40,543 nucleotides of DNA from Octopus sinensis (taxonomy: Eukaryota), in assembly GCF_006345805.1 (NCBI RefSeq), contig NW_021827584.1:1-40543 (forward strand), in the 5' to 3' direction. A program made the translations under genes and the position numbers. Below the pieces are notes generated by a model. The model worked only from the letters and a program-made list of their open reading frames with translations. It was not told where the DNA came from and searched no databases. This document shows, piece by piece, positions 1-13,559 of this stretch. Every line of letters starts with the position of its first letter. Positions within the stretch are counted from its first letter, which is position 1.

Positions 1-1918
1 ATGTCTATGTATCACTCTTATAATTACTTTGTGTCTGTGTTCCAGTGCGTATGTGTCACACTTTCTATATCTACAGGTGTGTTTCTATATATGTTTATGC
101 GTGTGTAGTTGTGTATGTATATATGTATATATACGTATGAATGTATGTATCAGTGCATTTAAGCTTACTCACCGTATATATTTATTAAACGAAACGGTAC
201 ATAAAATTTAAATCGAAACATTTTAATCTCTGCACATTGAATGCAATAAGTACACACAAACACACACACTTAGAAATACACACAAATACACATACACACA
301 CTCTAAAGAACACTCGTTCGCGACTGCATATACAACTAAATTTAGAAAGACATACACATGGACACAGTCACGTACGTTTTTATGTCGTCTTGTGGGCGTA
401 AAACATGTGTATATATATATACATATACACGCCCATGCTGACATCCTTGCATCTGTATGCATTCTTGCACTCCCAGACTCATGCACCAACACATGCACGC
501 AATTACAGAGTGAGAATTCCCAAAATCAACGATTTTTCAAGTTTCAAATTGGAATACAATAGGGGTGAGAGATAACCAGGTTGGCGGGGGAGTAAGAATA
601 GTACGAACACAGTGAGTGGCATGCACCGTGATGATGGTGTGAGACAGATAATGCAAGGGTGGCTGAGGAAGAGACAAAGTAAAGGACGCAAAATAAAGTC
701 ATTTAATTCTCATATCTTAATTAGATTTATTTTGTTACATGATGAAACAGGAAATCAAAATAATAATGATGTTAAATCTTATATAAATATCATAACTACC
801 GCAATGTGTTAGTTATATTTAAGGATGAAACCGCAACCACAGATTCATATATAGGATTATATCTTGTAAGTTTTTATGCAATATAGTGTCAAACTGAAAT
901 TCGATAATAGTCTTTTTCGTTCAGCAACTGTTGCAGTAGAAGTTTGTGTTTGCGTGAAGCATGTCAGTTGAAATAGAGTTTCTTTGAATAAAAAACTGAC
1001 TGATGATGAGCCGAAATATAAAATTGAAACTAATATTAACAGGTGAACGAAATTTGGGGACAGTTTTCTACCCTCAAAACTTTACAGAAACCACTCAGAA
1101 TCCGTAACGACGTCATCAGCGGTCCTTATTAAATTCGTCCGCTTTTCTCTAAAATAGTATCATGTGTAGGTGTGCCTATAAGGAATTGAATATTAAATAA
1201 TTAACTAATCTTTTGTTAGAGTTTTTGGTTTATAGATGTGGGTTACTACGCATTATTGCCATTCAGCAATCGATTGATGAACAAAACAGGAGAATGCGTA
1301 GGTTATGATCATAATGATGATGATGTAGAAAAGGAAGATAATGGATATGATGCTACTTATTATCTTCAGCATAGTTCTTGTCATCGTCACCACCATCATC
1401 ATCATGATCATCATCGTAATCTTCGATGTCGGCATTATCGTCGTCTTCCTCATTCCTATCTCCGCCTCAAATGAAAATGTTAATTTGTTACTGTCAATTA
1501 TATTTCCGTAATGAAATGTATCGTCGAAAGTTAAGCGAGAGAGAAAATGGCGTAGAAAGAAGGCTCACAAATATGTAGAGAGGGAGAAGAAGAGGGAGAG
1601 AGAAAAAGGAAGGAAGAGAAAATGGGGGAAGCAGAGAGAGAGAGAGTGAGAAAGACAGAGGTAGAGGAGAGAGAAGTGAGAAGGATGCTAGAAGGAGATT
1701 GTGAATGGAGTAATGTAAGTTAAGGAGAAATGAAATAAGAGAAAATTTGGCGAGAATTTAACAGAAATATAAAGGAAATGAAGAACGTTCTTTAGGAAGA
1801 ACGTGTTAGTACATGTAGGTCGTTAGTTTGTTGTGTATTTGTTCATACATACATAAATCATGCATATATCCTTACATGTAAGTGCACACGCACACAGACA
1901 GACATACAGATAGACAGA

Positions 1919-1994
<76 letters not shown>

Positions 1995-2040
1995 ATTATT
2001 ATTATTATTATATTATTATTATATTATTATTATTATATTA
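1919..2040. repeat. Compound (TG)n-(TA)n-(ATT)n microsatellite
   Basis: Read directly from the sequence. Confidence 0.95.
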
Positions 2041-2182
2041 ATATTTTGCCAACGCACGAAACTCAGAGATCTTAAGTCACTCTGTACATCTGCTAAATAT
2101 TAATACATATACACTCAGATTTTGAGTTTTATTTTTCTGTTTGCACTAACATACCTATGATTTATTATATGTATGTATGTAT

Positions 2183-2376
<194 letters not shown>

Positions 2377-2439
2377 GTGTGTCTGTGTATGCATACAGCG
2401 GTTTCTGTCTCTCAGATTCATTATTCGCAAGGCATTGTA

Positions 2440-2523
2440 AATAGCAGAAGGCACTTGCCTAAGGTGGTGCGCGTATAGCTTATTCTGAAAACATGTGGTT
2501 GCACAGCGAGCTTACTAACCACA
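2440..2523 (-). mobile_element. SINE family A, degenerate 5' head fragment
   Basis: GAAGGCACTTGCCTAAGGT...ACATGTGGTTG...CTTACTAACCACA aligns to the copy at 3476-3580. Confidence 0.7.
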
Positions 2524-2696
2524 ATTAGTTCGTTCTCTTTGTGCACCATGTTGAAATTTCTCAGCATTTGACATTACGTTTTATCTCTATCTTCCCATAT
2601 TGGTGTCCATTTTTTGAAAGCTGGCAGTCGAAACCGGACTCAATCTGTTAGAGATTGTCTCAACACCAGGTGTTTCAAAACTCTCTCACTCACTCA

Positions 2697-2748
<52 letters not shown>

Positions 2749-3109
2749 TACTCAACTTTATCCTTTAAATTTTTTTTAAGCCTGGTGCATATTTATTCAT
2801 TCCCTTGCCCAACTGGTATGTTACGAGAACTTGAGCACACGGACAGTAGTAGTTTGGTCTGTGCGTGAGTAAGAGCGAGAGAGAGAGAGAGAGACAGACA
2901 GAGACAGACAGACAGATAGAGAAGCATGCAGACAGATATAGATATTATACACACAGGACTGACTTCAGCAGACGGTTTAATCGATCCCTAAATATAACTG
3001 GCAAGGGCATCTTCCAACAGTCTGGATGCAACACAAACCAACAAAAACGTAAATTCAAAAGTTGTGAGAGATTTGAACTTACATTTTAAAAATACATAAT
3101 AATAATAAT

Positions 3110-3215
3110 GCTTACAGCCTTATCACTTTGAAAGCACCGGTTCTCGTCCGATCACCAAAGTTAATAACGTCGAGCCTAGTGAGTACGAGTGACCGCTTGG
3201 GAAACCTAGGCACTT
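3110..3215 (+). pseudogene. 5S rRNA pseudogene, near full length, internal promoter damaged
   Basis: GCTTACAGCCTTATCACTTTGAAAGCACCGGTTCTCGTCCGATCACCAAAGTTAATAACGTCGAGCCTAGTGAGTAC-GAGTGACCGCTTGGGAAACCTAGG follows the invertebrate 5S rRNA sequence. There are small deletions in box A and just before/within box C. The copy is single (not in an rDNA array) and has no oligo-T terminator. Confidence 0.92.
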
Positions 3216-3270
3216 TAAAGGCGGTGCTCCAGCATAGTCGCAGTCAAATGACTGAAACAATTAAAAGAGT
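3216..3270 (+). mobile_element. SINE-A/LINE-type 3' tail fused directly to the 5S copy
   Basis: TAAAGGCGGTGCTCCAGCATAGTCGCAGTCAAATGACTGAAACAATTAAAAGAGT matches the 3' ends of SINE-A copies at 4743-4803 and 22737-22797. Confidence 0.9.
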
Positions 3271-3291
3271 AATAATAATGATAATGATGTT

Positions 3292-3464
3292 GGTTTTAAA
3301 TTTTACCGCAAGGGCAGCAATTTTGGAGGAGAGGGTAAGTCGATTACATCGACCCCAGTGTTTAACTGGTACTTATTTTATCGACCTCAACAGGATAAAG
3401 GACAAAGTCATCCGCGGCGGAATTTGAATCCAGAATGTAAGAACGGACGCTAAGCATTTTGCCC
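3292..3464 (-). mobile_element. SINE family B, 5'-incomplete
   Basis: The reverse complement gives ATGCTTAGCG...TTCTGGATTCAAATTCCGCCGCGG...ACTGGGGTCGATGTAATCGACT...CAAAATTGCTGCCCTTG, matching copies at 22840 and 36351. Confidence 0.85.
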
Positions 3465-3475
3465 TATGTCGGCGC

Positions 3476-3580
3476 GAGGCTACAGTAGAAGACACTTGCC
3501 CAAGGTGCCACGCAGTGGGACTGAACCCGGAACCATGTGGTTGGTAAGCAAGCTACTTACCACACAGTCACTCTTGCGCC
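3476..3580 (-). mobile_element. SINE family A: tRNA-like head plus start of a CORE-like domain
   Basis: The reverse complement GGCGCAAGAGTGACTGTGTGGTAAG...GGTTCAGTCCCACTGCGTGGCACCTTGGGCAAGTGTCTT has Pol III A/B-box-like motifs. ACCTTGGGCAAGT is the hallmark start of the CORE domain of MIR-like SINEs. Confidence 0.88.
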
Positions 3581-3614
<34 letters not shown>

Positions 3615-4012
3615 TCGTGGAGTACAATTGTCCTACAATGTTAATACTCGTGGGTGAGACATAAGACAACACGTCCCTCTCTTTATTTTATTTACTCACT
3701 GCCGCACTGTCCACTAACTAAACTATATACTCATACTCTATAATTACTATCAATACAGCTATTTTGGGAGATTAATTTGCGTGTGTGTGTGTGTCTATCT
3801 CTGTGTCTGTGTGTTTCTGTGCGTGAGGGTTAGCACTTAGATCACTGTGTGTTACGCATACACATTCACACTTACCACAATAATAAAGTACAACCTACAT
3901 TATTATCTCTTAACACAGACAACTGTATAGTTGTGTGTATATATGTACACACACACATACACACACACACATGTATGTTTGTATTATGTAAGCATGTAGA
4001 GTAAAATTCCAG

Positions 4013-4047
<35 letters not shown>

Positions 4048-4175
4048 TATATATATATATATATATATATATGTGCGTGTGTATATACGATATATGTGTC
4101 TATCCTATATATATATATATATATATATATACGCATGTGCGTTGTGTATGTACGTACGTATGTATGTATCTATCC

Positions 4176-4224
<49 letters not shown>

Positions 4225-4500
4225 TCTTAACACGAATGTTTTTGACAGTGACATCGAAGTTTCGGCCAGCTATGTCGTCGTCCGACTGCGATGTAGTCTC
4301 TGTTATGAGGTAAAATTTTCCTCGGGTATATGGGTCTCAGAGGAAAGGTAATTCGGTTGGAGTGTTGGTTTTAATGGAGAATGATATTCTTGTTTAAGAA
4401 CAATGAATTTGTACTCCGCAAAAGTAAAGAGTAACCCATCAAATTAATGTCATTGTTTTCATTATAACTAAACATAAATACAAGCATTTTTATCTATATA

Positions 4501-4803
4501 AGCGCAAGCATGGCTGTGTAGTAAGAATTTGCTTCCTAACCACATGGTCCCAGGTTCAGTCCCACTGCGTGGTAACTTGGGCAAGTGTCTCCTACTATAG
4601 CTTCGTGTCGCCCGAAGCCTTGAGAGTGGATTTTGGTAGATGGAAACACTTGTCTCTAATCTGTGTGTATTTGTTTCTCGCTTGACGACCGATGCTGGCG
4701 TTTTTTCTGTTCCCGTAACTAAGCGGTTCAGCAAAACCATTTAAGGCTGTGCTCCAGCATGACCGTAGTCAAGTGAATGACACAAATAAAAGAATGAAAG
4801 AAT
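4501..4803 (+). mobile_element. SINE family A, head-to-tail copy with internal deletions
   Basis: Contains the TGGCTGTGTAGTAAG A-box, GGTTCAGTCCC B-box, AACTTGGGCAAGTGTCT CORE-like motif, the GCTGTGCTCCAGCATGACCGTAGTCAAG tail and an AAAGAAT terminal repeat. Confidence 0.9.
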
Positions 4804-5502
4804 ATGTAAAGCTAGACACACGAACATACATGTGTATGCATGTGTATGTACATACACATATGTTTATGGATCTAGACACATTCTCCAGTGGTCACACATT
4901 CACCCACAAAACAAACGCATACATATACACACAAACATAAACACACTCACCTACACACACTCCGCTACGTTTGATCTCTATAATTTCATAATTGCTCTCC
5001 AAGTCCCCACTTACGTATTTCACGCTACTCTTACCATCCCCTTACCTTTCTTCGACCATCTCTCCCCACCCCGTATCACCGCCACCACCACCATATAACC
5101 ATCAGCCGTTGCTGCCATTATTACAAACCAACCATCACCGCACTCCACCTTCACCCACTTTTGTCTTTGTCACGGATCCGTCCACTCCTGCCTCTCGCCG
5201 CCACCACCATTGTCATCAACACCTACAACAGTGGCGGCCATATTGCCTCCAACGTAAACTGCTTATTCTCTCTACTAACACTCACTCTACAGCCACTCAC
5301 TACCTCTCACCACCACTATCATCATGATCGTCATTGGTAACAATACCAACAGTACGGCCACCATTTCCTCTTCGCCCTCCGCCACTACGAGCACTACTAC
5401 CAACATAACCACCGCAACCTCCGTCATGGAGAACCTGTACGCGAGTGTTTAACCAATTACACATACTAGCCACATCCTTTTTTACCACATCGCGCAGTCA
5501 TA

Positions 5503-5620
5503 AGAAAAAAAGGATACATCATTAGATAATAACATACAGGATGGTCAAATCTGGCACGCCTTTCATCATATTTCTTCCGGATTAGAATTGATCTGAGACG
5601 GAACTACATCAACAAAAATG
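5503..5620 (+). mobile_element. Interspersed repeat family C fragment (orientation defined by the CAA-rich end)
   Basis: GGATGGTCAAATCTGG...CTTTCATCAT aligns with copies at 5789, 18234(-), 25390 and 36138. Confidence 0.55.
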
Positions 5621-5788
5621 CTAAAATCAAGCCAACCACCGACGTGGTACAATCGTTATACGAATCTCCTCTACATGTTACTTTGATCTTATCGAAATTG
5701 TACTCAAATGTCCTTCAATTCACTCAGCCGTCTTAGGTTGCAATAATGTACACATTGAATTGTGTCAGTCTGACATAAAACTGATATG

Positions 5789-5867
5789 AAGGGATAGTCA
5801 TGGTCGGGATGCTTTGATTATAAATCTGCTCGACTGGTGCTCAGAAAAGGTTACACAAAAACAACAG
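5789..5867 (+). mobile_element. Interspersed repeat family C fragment
   Basis: GGGATAGTCATGGTCGGGATGCTTTGATTATAAATCTGCTCGAC...ACAACAG. Confidence 0.6.
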
Positions 5868-5888
5868 CTGCATCAATGTGTGTTTATA

Positions 5889-5959
<71 letters not shown>

Positions 5960-6885
5960 AGAGAGCATGTGTGAAGTGTATTGTGTGTGTGTGTGTGTGT
6001 GTGCAGGGCGCCTTCTGACAGACCAAGTTATAAGAAAACACAAGATTTTCATCTCTTGTATAAGTTATTGTGGTAGAGGCGTAGGAGGAGTGAAAAAAAA
6101 TACAGTGAAAGAAGGAGTGAGAGGAGAAGAGGATATAAGGCAGGAGTAATGTAATCTCAGCTGAAACTCTGCTATGACTGGAACATTCCGTCTGCCTGAC
6201 GATGTAAACATATTTTAGTAAATACAATAATTCCATATCGACAATTCATAAATGACACGTCACGTTAATATGGCCGACTTGAGCTGCCCACAAATATATT
6301 TTCAACACCTATTATTTTCTCTCTCTCCTCCTTCTATCACTCCTTCTCCCGCTTTATCTTTATTTCCCCGTCTCCCTCTTTATAGCTAGTTAATATGTGC
6401 TATTTTTGTACGCATATGTGAATATATAGTCTGTTTCTAAGTAGAGGTTTATGAATATCATATGCGTTTGTAAGATGCTACACTTTATGCGTGCACACAC
6501 ACAAAAACATACGTATATACACACATTTGTATATATCCCTTCGTATGTAAGCATATGAATCTAGGTACTCCTATATACTTGTATGTATAAGTATATGTAT
6601 ATATACATACATATATACATACATACACCCCCACCACACACACACACACATATATATATATATGATTACTATAGGTACACTCGTAAACACTTAAATGAGG
6701 TGTGCCTATTTTTTAAACGCATGTATATATGTATATATATTTGTGTGTGTGTGTGTAGTGTGCGCGCATGCGTGTGTGTATGGATGCACGTATACACATA
6801 TGTATATTCATGTATCAATTAACTTAATTTTATATAATACCTATATGTATATGCATAGAATTAAAGTCAATCTCTCTCACTTTTT

Positions 6886-6929
<44 letters not shown>

Positions 6930-7614
6930 ATAACATACACACTCACACACACATGCGAACATGCATATATGCATGTATTTGGCAACACACACAAAAGGAC
7001 ACACACGTACACACACACAAACATAGAGAGACACACATTTGGGTTATGTGAATTTCAGAAAAGTCTTTAAACAACGATATTATTGGCTACATTTAAATAT
7101 TCATAAGTTAACTGTACGTAAAAAAAGCATTGTTAACAGGCACACGCTAATGAAGCATTATTAATAATGATGACTACGATGACGACGTTGAGGTCGAGAA
7201 TGATGTTGGTGATGATGACGTGCCATTGTTTCAAATTTTCTATTGCTTTTGATGTTTTCTAATGACCTGTTTTGTAAAACCGTCGGGTGTAGCATTGCGA
7301 ATATGGAAGGAGAAACTCAATTCACCTGTTTATCCTCAAACAACAATTTCGATCTAAATACACTTAATACAGCAGTTGCTATCCTCTGAAGCACGCCAAA
7401 AGGAGTTTTTGGGCCATCATATGGACATACACACTGTTCTTTCAATCTACCCTTCTCTCTTTCGAAAATTTGGCTTTAAAAAAAAAGACATAAAATTTGT
7501 AGTATGAAATTAATTAGTTGCTGGGTTTCATTTACTGTATGTTTAAGCAACATTTATTTGGAACACAGAGATTTCAGTCAAGATGTGGCTTCGAATTTAG
7601 TACAGAAGACCCAC

Positions 7615-7790
7615 CATGGTCATTGTCGTCACAGCCAATGTCTTCGTCGTTATAACCATCATCATCATCGTCTTCAGCATTATCATCATCATCTTCATCG
7701 TCATCATCATCATCGTCATCGTTGTCATCATCATCATCATTATGATGTCAGGCAATACATGCCGTTCTATCATCAACAGTTCATCATCAG
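7615..7790. repeat. Degenerate (CAT)n repeat
   Basis: Read directly from the sequence; it explains the His-rich and Met-rich ORFs. Confidence 0.9.
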
Positions 7791-7983
7791 TTACCGAACC
7801 ACTGCCCTTCTTCATCAGTGTTAAACATTTTATGCTCGACACAAAAACGCACACCACCTAACACACATGCGCGCACACACATACACGCACACATATGCAC
7901 ACAACACAGTCATACACATATACATACACGCACACCAGACACTGATACACATAATCATACACACACATATATATGTGGGGGTA

Positions 7984-8255
7984 GGGCGCGTCTTTAGCGG
8001 TTAGGCTATTGCACAGACGATCGTAAGATTGTGGTTTCGATTCCTGGATAGAATGATGCGTTAAGTTCTAGAGGAAAGTACTTCATTTCACGTCCCTACT
8101 GTTCACTCAGCTATATAAAATAGAAGTAATCCTCTGAAGGATGGGCTTCCTTTCCAGGAGGAGGAACGTTGTATATGTATATATGTATATACGTACACCA
8201 CAGGATCCGGGTAACTAGCCTTATGAGCCTCTGGCTTGGCAAGAAAGACTTTTGA
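7984..8255 (+). mobile_element. SINE family D: tRNA-like head with a possible V-domain-like body
   Basis: Has the A-box TAGCGGTTAGG and B-box GGTTTCGATTCC. The head and the segment CTTCATTTCACG...GTTCACTCAGCT are shared with 39951-40252. CCTCTGAAGGATGGGCTTCCTTTCCAGG resembles a decayed V-SINE core (from recall). Confidence 0.65.
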
Positions 8256-8436
8256 TCATTAATATATATCCACATGTAAAGAAAACTGGACTAGCTTCTT
8301 TGAGTCAATCGATGACAACTCATCCAACACATGCCACTATGGGTGCTGACGTTAAACCGTAACGTCGGCAAGGGTGATGTCGGTGGTGGTGGTGATAGTG
8401 GTGTAGTTAATATCCATAAATATTACTCTCTTTATA

Positions 8437-8481
<45 letters not shown>

Positions 8482-8554
8482 TACACACATACTCGTATTT
8501 TTGAAACAGCTTGTACTACGTGCAGTCACTTATAGAACATATGAACGTTTATAA

Positions 8555-8555
8555 A

Positions 8556-8603
<48 letters not shown>

Positions 8604-8670
8604 TACATGTACATATATTTATATATATATAATAATAATATATATATATGTATACATACATACATAAACA

Positions 8671-8762
<92 letters not shown>
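8555..8762. repeat. (TA)n-(TG)n microsatellite block
   Basis: Read directly from the sequence. Confidence 0.95.
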
Positions 8763-8765
<3 letters not shown>

Positions 8766-9096
8766 TTGTGTGTGCTTGTGGTGTGTGTCTGTGAAGAGGT
8801 GTGTTATGTGCGTCAGTGTGTGTTTCTGTAAGGTTAAATTTACCAGGTGTGTTTTTTTCCTTTTCTTCTTTTTCTTAAATATGCCACTTACTGCCAATCT
8901 CAAATGACGAAATATTAATATATACATTATATACCAAAATCACAGATCAACATTTACACACGGATACATACACAAAGGCACGTAGACTCTGAAGCACATA
9001 CGCAGACACATAAGCTCACATATATTAATGAATATTTGCATGAATCTATTTACATATATTACACACAAGCACACACACACACGCACGCACACACAC

Positions 9097-9162
9097 ACAT
9101 ATATGCATATGTATTACTACATATATATATATATATATGTAGTAATACATATGCATATATGT
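9097..9162. repeat. Perfect 66-bp palindrome centred on (AT)9
   Basis: ACATATATGCATATGTATTACTAC-(AT)9-GTAGTAATACATATGCATATATGT. It extends imperfectly to about 9082-9179, and the ORF track shows the same peptide on both strands here. Confidence 0.95.
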
Positions 9163-9233
9163 ATGTGTGTGTGCGTGCGGTGTGTGTATATATATTATAT
9201 ATACACATATATATATATAATGTATATACCTGT

Positions 9234-9274
<41 letters not shown>

Positions 9275-9315
9275 TATATATATATAATGTATATACCTGT
9301 GTATGTGTGTGTAAT

Positions 9316-9356
<41 letters not shown>

Positions 9357-9423
9357 GTATATATATGTATGTATATATGCACGCATATATATGTGTGTGA
9401 GTATATGTATGCATATATATATA

Positions 9424-9458
<35 letters not shown>

Positions 9459-9902
9459 CACCCACATACGCATTTTCAGATATTTAGATATGTATTCGTT
9501 GAAATTTATCCCCCACTCTCCAACTCACCCCACCCCCTCCTCGCCACCATCCTTTCCGTAAACTAACTCTAGCCACCTTCACCACACTGCTATTCAACCC
9601 GCTCTGTTACATACAATATACATAAATCAAAAATGGCCAATTTCACACATAAATTAACATTAACTAGTATTTCACAGACATCACTCTTTACAGAGCCCTT
9701 CACACGCTCTTATAGAATACATTATTATAAGACTTTTTGTATGTCCTCTTAAAATTTCTTCACACAGTAAGAACAATACACACGAAATAAGTATTACAAG
9801 CAATAAACGAAACAAAGGAACTGCAAAACTGGTGATCATTATGTTATTTTCCCTGTGCATTAGTATGTATGTGTGTATGTATATATATACATAATTATAT
9901 AC

Positions 9903-9962
<60 letters not shown>

Positions 9963-10082
9963 AACACATACACTTGTTTTTATACCATATCTTATGTATG
10001 TAAGTATATATATAAACTTTGAGGAATACCTCATAAAGAAGGTCTGATTGACAGAAACTGCAGTCCGTCATGCAGTCCATCG

Positions 10083-10115
<33 letters not shown>

Positions 10116-10874
10116 ATATATATATATTATATATATATATATATATATAATATATATATGACCACAGTCAAACGCCTAAAGCAAGTAAAAGAATATATAC
10201 AGCGAGAGAGAGAGAGAGAGGAGACAGACAGACAGGCAGCAAACAGAGAGAAGATAGTTGTAAGAACGCCTAAACCTTTTGAGTACGTAATCTGTTTTAA
10301 ATCGTATAATTATCGTAACCACTACGCCAAAGTGACACCAGAAGCGGTGACCTAAATTATTAAATTTAAAATTAAGTAGCTACGATAAATTCATACTGAT
10401 CTGAGAGTGTAGATGTCGATCCGCACAGTTTTTAAGGTATAATGTTATATAATATAGATTATGGAATTATTTGTAGCGTTTATTGGATTCAAAGTGCCGT
10501 ATCTACCTTCAAACCTATTGCTGTACACCTGTGTTTCATGCCCTTGCGATCTTCACGCGAGTACATTCCTAACATTAGAGTGACAAGTATAAAAACAACA
10601 ATGGAAGTATTTGATATTGCCTAATATATATATTGTGTACTCTCACATTTTTTAATAATAATGTAGTGGAGCACGTGCTCGAATACAAACATCGATTTAT
10701 ATCATATATTAACGGGTAGATAAATAGTAAACAATAATCATTATATATATTGCTTTTATGGGTACACTCACATACACAAACACACACGCATACATAATAA
10801 AAAATATAAACCTAAACACAAAATAATATATTTATATCCTCAAATATATGTCTGTGAACACACGCCCGTACATC

Positions 10875-10950
<76 letters not shown>

Positions 10951-11436
10951 TACAATATATGTGTGTATATATATATATTATATAATATATATACACACAA
11001 ATATATATATGTACGTCCGGGCGCGTGGTTGAGGTATATATATTTGAGGGTATATATATTTTTGTGTGTTTAGGTCTATATATGTATTTCAGTATATGCA
11101 TGATTCTACACGTATTTTACTGTGTCTACGTTTACGAGTACTTATCTTGAAAGGATATTAACCATATATATGCTGAGAATGAGATAGAAAGAAACAGAGA
11201 GAGAAAGAGGGGGGAAAGAGAAAGAGATAGAAAAAGCAAGATAGAGAGAGAGAGAGAGAGAGTGACTTGCACTGAGACTCTCATGGAAATCTCATACACA
11301 CTACACACACACACATAGACATATATATAAGCATAGTCACATATACCTAGCGTCATATATAAGCCTTAAAACACCATCTAAGACACCGCACATTCATACA
11401 CACACACACACACACATACACACACACATACACACA

Positions 11437-11473
<37 letters not shown>

Positions 11474-11961
11474 AGCAGTAGTGCAGCAGTAGTGCTTATG
11501 ACATCACTGTCAGTGGGGTAGGATGTCTGACAGGGGGTTGCGGTAGGGGGCTTGGGGAGTATTAATTGGGTTGATGACAATAAACAAACCCTACTGACTT
11601 TGCATGAGGTGGTGGTGGTGGTGGTGGGGGGGGGGCTTGAGGTAGGTGAGATGTGAGGTGAAGGAGGGAGAGAACTGAAACAAACTGGAGCATCCACAGC
11701 TCTTGTTATCACGTCATATACGTGTGCGCCGATATGAACGTTTGTATGTGCGCACACAGGCAAACGCACGCACATGCATGTGTGTGTGAGTGTGTATCTG
11801 TGTCTGTGCGTGGGTGTAATTACGTGTACGTGCGTTTCATTAGCCGACATGCTTAGATGAAAGCTTCACCGAAAAATATACATTTCATATTGATTCAGTT
11901 CTTCCATTGAGGTATGCATATACATACATACATACATACATACATACATACACACACACAA

Positions 11962-12001
<40 letters not shown>

Positions 12002-12069
12002 TTAATGTCTGTATGTGTGTATACAGATATGTGTAAACAGAATCTAAAAATCTTTATATTCGTGTGGTA

Positions 12070-12110
<41 letters not shown>

Positions 12111-12934
12111 ATATATATATATATATATATATATCAGTGTATGAGTGAAAGAGAGAGAGAGAGAAAGAGTGTGTGTGTATATACCTGTGTGTGCGCATAG
12201 ACATACACGCATATGTCCACATGCACCATACGATTTACCCCCAATCTGATACACCTGTCGGCTGTCTGCTATTACACTTCCAGCCTTCATGCTCCTTGCA
12301 TTGTATTCCCTTCGATCCTAAACTAATTGTTATAGTAACGGCGATAAACTGTGTTACTTCCAAAGTGGGGATAGTATCTGCCAAAAGTAAGCCCTAGAAC
12401 AGATGTCACTACATGTCTTGCTAGAAATGTTTCACAATGAACAGAATAAAAAGAAGTTACTGTTGTAGGTAGTGGAACATTTCACCCATTTTTGGGGATA
12501 GTCTAGAAACTCTCGTGTATATACGCTCCTCTGTGCATGAATTATTATCTCTCTATACATCACTTTACACCTCCATCGTGAGACGTATGAATATTATATA
12601 TCATCATCATCATAATTATCATCGTTTAACATCCGTGTATGTGTATGTGTCTGTATACACATATATATGCTCATGTATATATATATATATACATACACAC
12701 ACCACACACGCACACACACACATACATACAATCGTTTGTGCAATACCTTGCTGCCCTCTCTTTACCAGCTCCACCACCGGTAATAAACCGACAAAAAGTA
12801 CTTCCAACGCCGGTTTTAATAGCAATAACAGAGACAAAATAACCCAATCGCTTGATGAATCAGTTTTAATCAGTAGCTGTATGGTATACAGTGTTTGTTG
12901 TACCTGTCGTTATGAAAAGACTACACTTAACTTC

Positions 12935-13270
12935 TTGTTGTTGTTGTTGTAGATATAGCTGATGTTATGTTGTCCCAGGTCATTTCACAGACTTCCCTTC
13001 AGTGGCCATCCCTGTTGCTTCCAATATATTTCATGTCTAACCCATATTCTCTGAAGATATTTTTGGTGCTCCGATAGCAGTTGCCTATAAGTCATGCATT
13101 TCAATAAATATTTACTGTGGACCTTCCTGCGGTTCAATCATTTACCCGTGGGCCTACAATGGTGTTTGATATAGTGCTGTAGCTGAAGCTATATTTTCCG
13201 AGATGTCATTCGTTGCCTTAAGATGGGTGTTGTATGATATTGGCTATTAGTTTTGACTGGTCCATTGATA
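12935..13270 (-). mobile_element. Degenerate family C-like repeat
   Basis: (GTT)n end followed by CCCAGGTCA...GGCCATCCC, complementary to family C motifs; highly diverged. Confidence 0.35.
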
Positions 13271-13559
13271 AAGTCAGAACAAAATGTTTGCGCTGATCAG
13301 CATGTTTGCGGCGTTTCATCCAACTTTGCTTTCAATTTCACTTTGCTTTTTATTCATTCGCTGTCGTTGAAATAAGTACTTCCTGAGCATTGTGCTCAAT
13401 ACAACCAACTTAAAACCATAATGATAATAATAATAATAATAATAATAAGAAGAAGAAGAAGAGACGAATAAAAGTGTAATAATACTATTATAATTATTGC
13501 GAGAGCAGTGCATGCCAGCACAGTGACACCGGAGTACACATATACGAACCCCAATATAC

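Noticed and set aside
1238-1474. His-rich ORF (also 7504-7824)
   Set aside because: Produced by (CAT)n repeats and open on several frames and strands.
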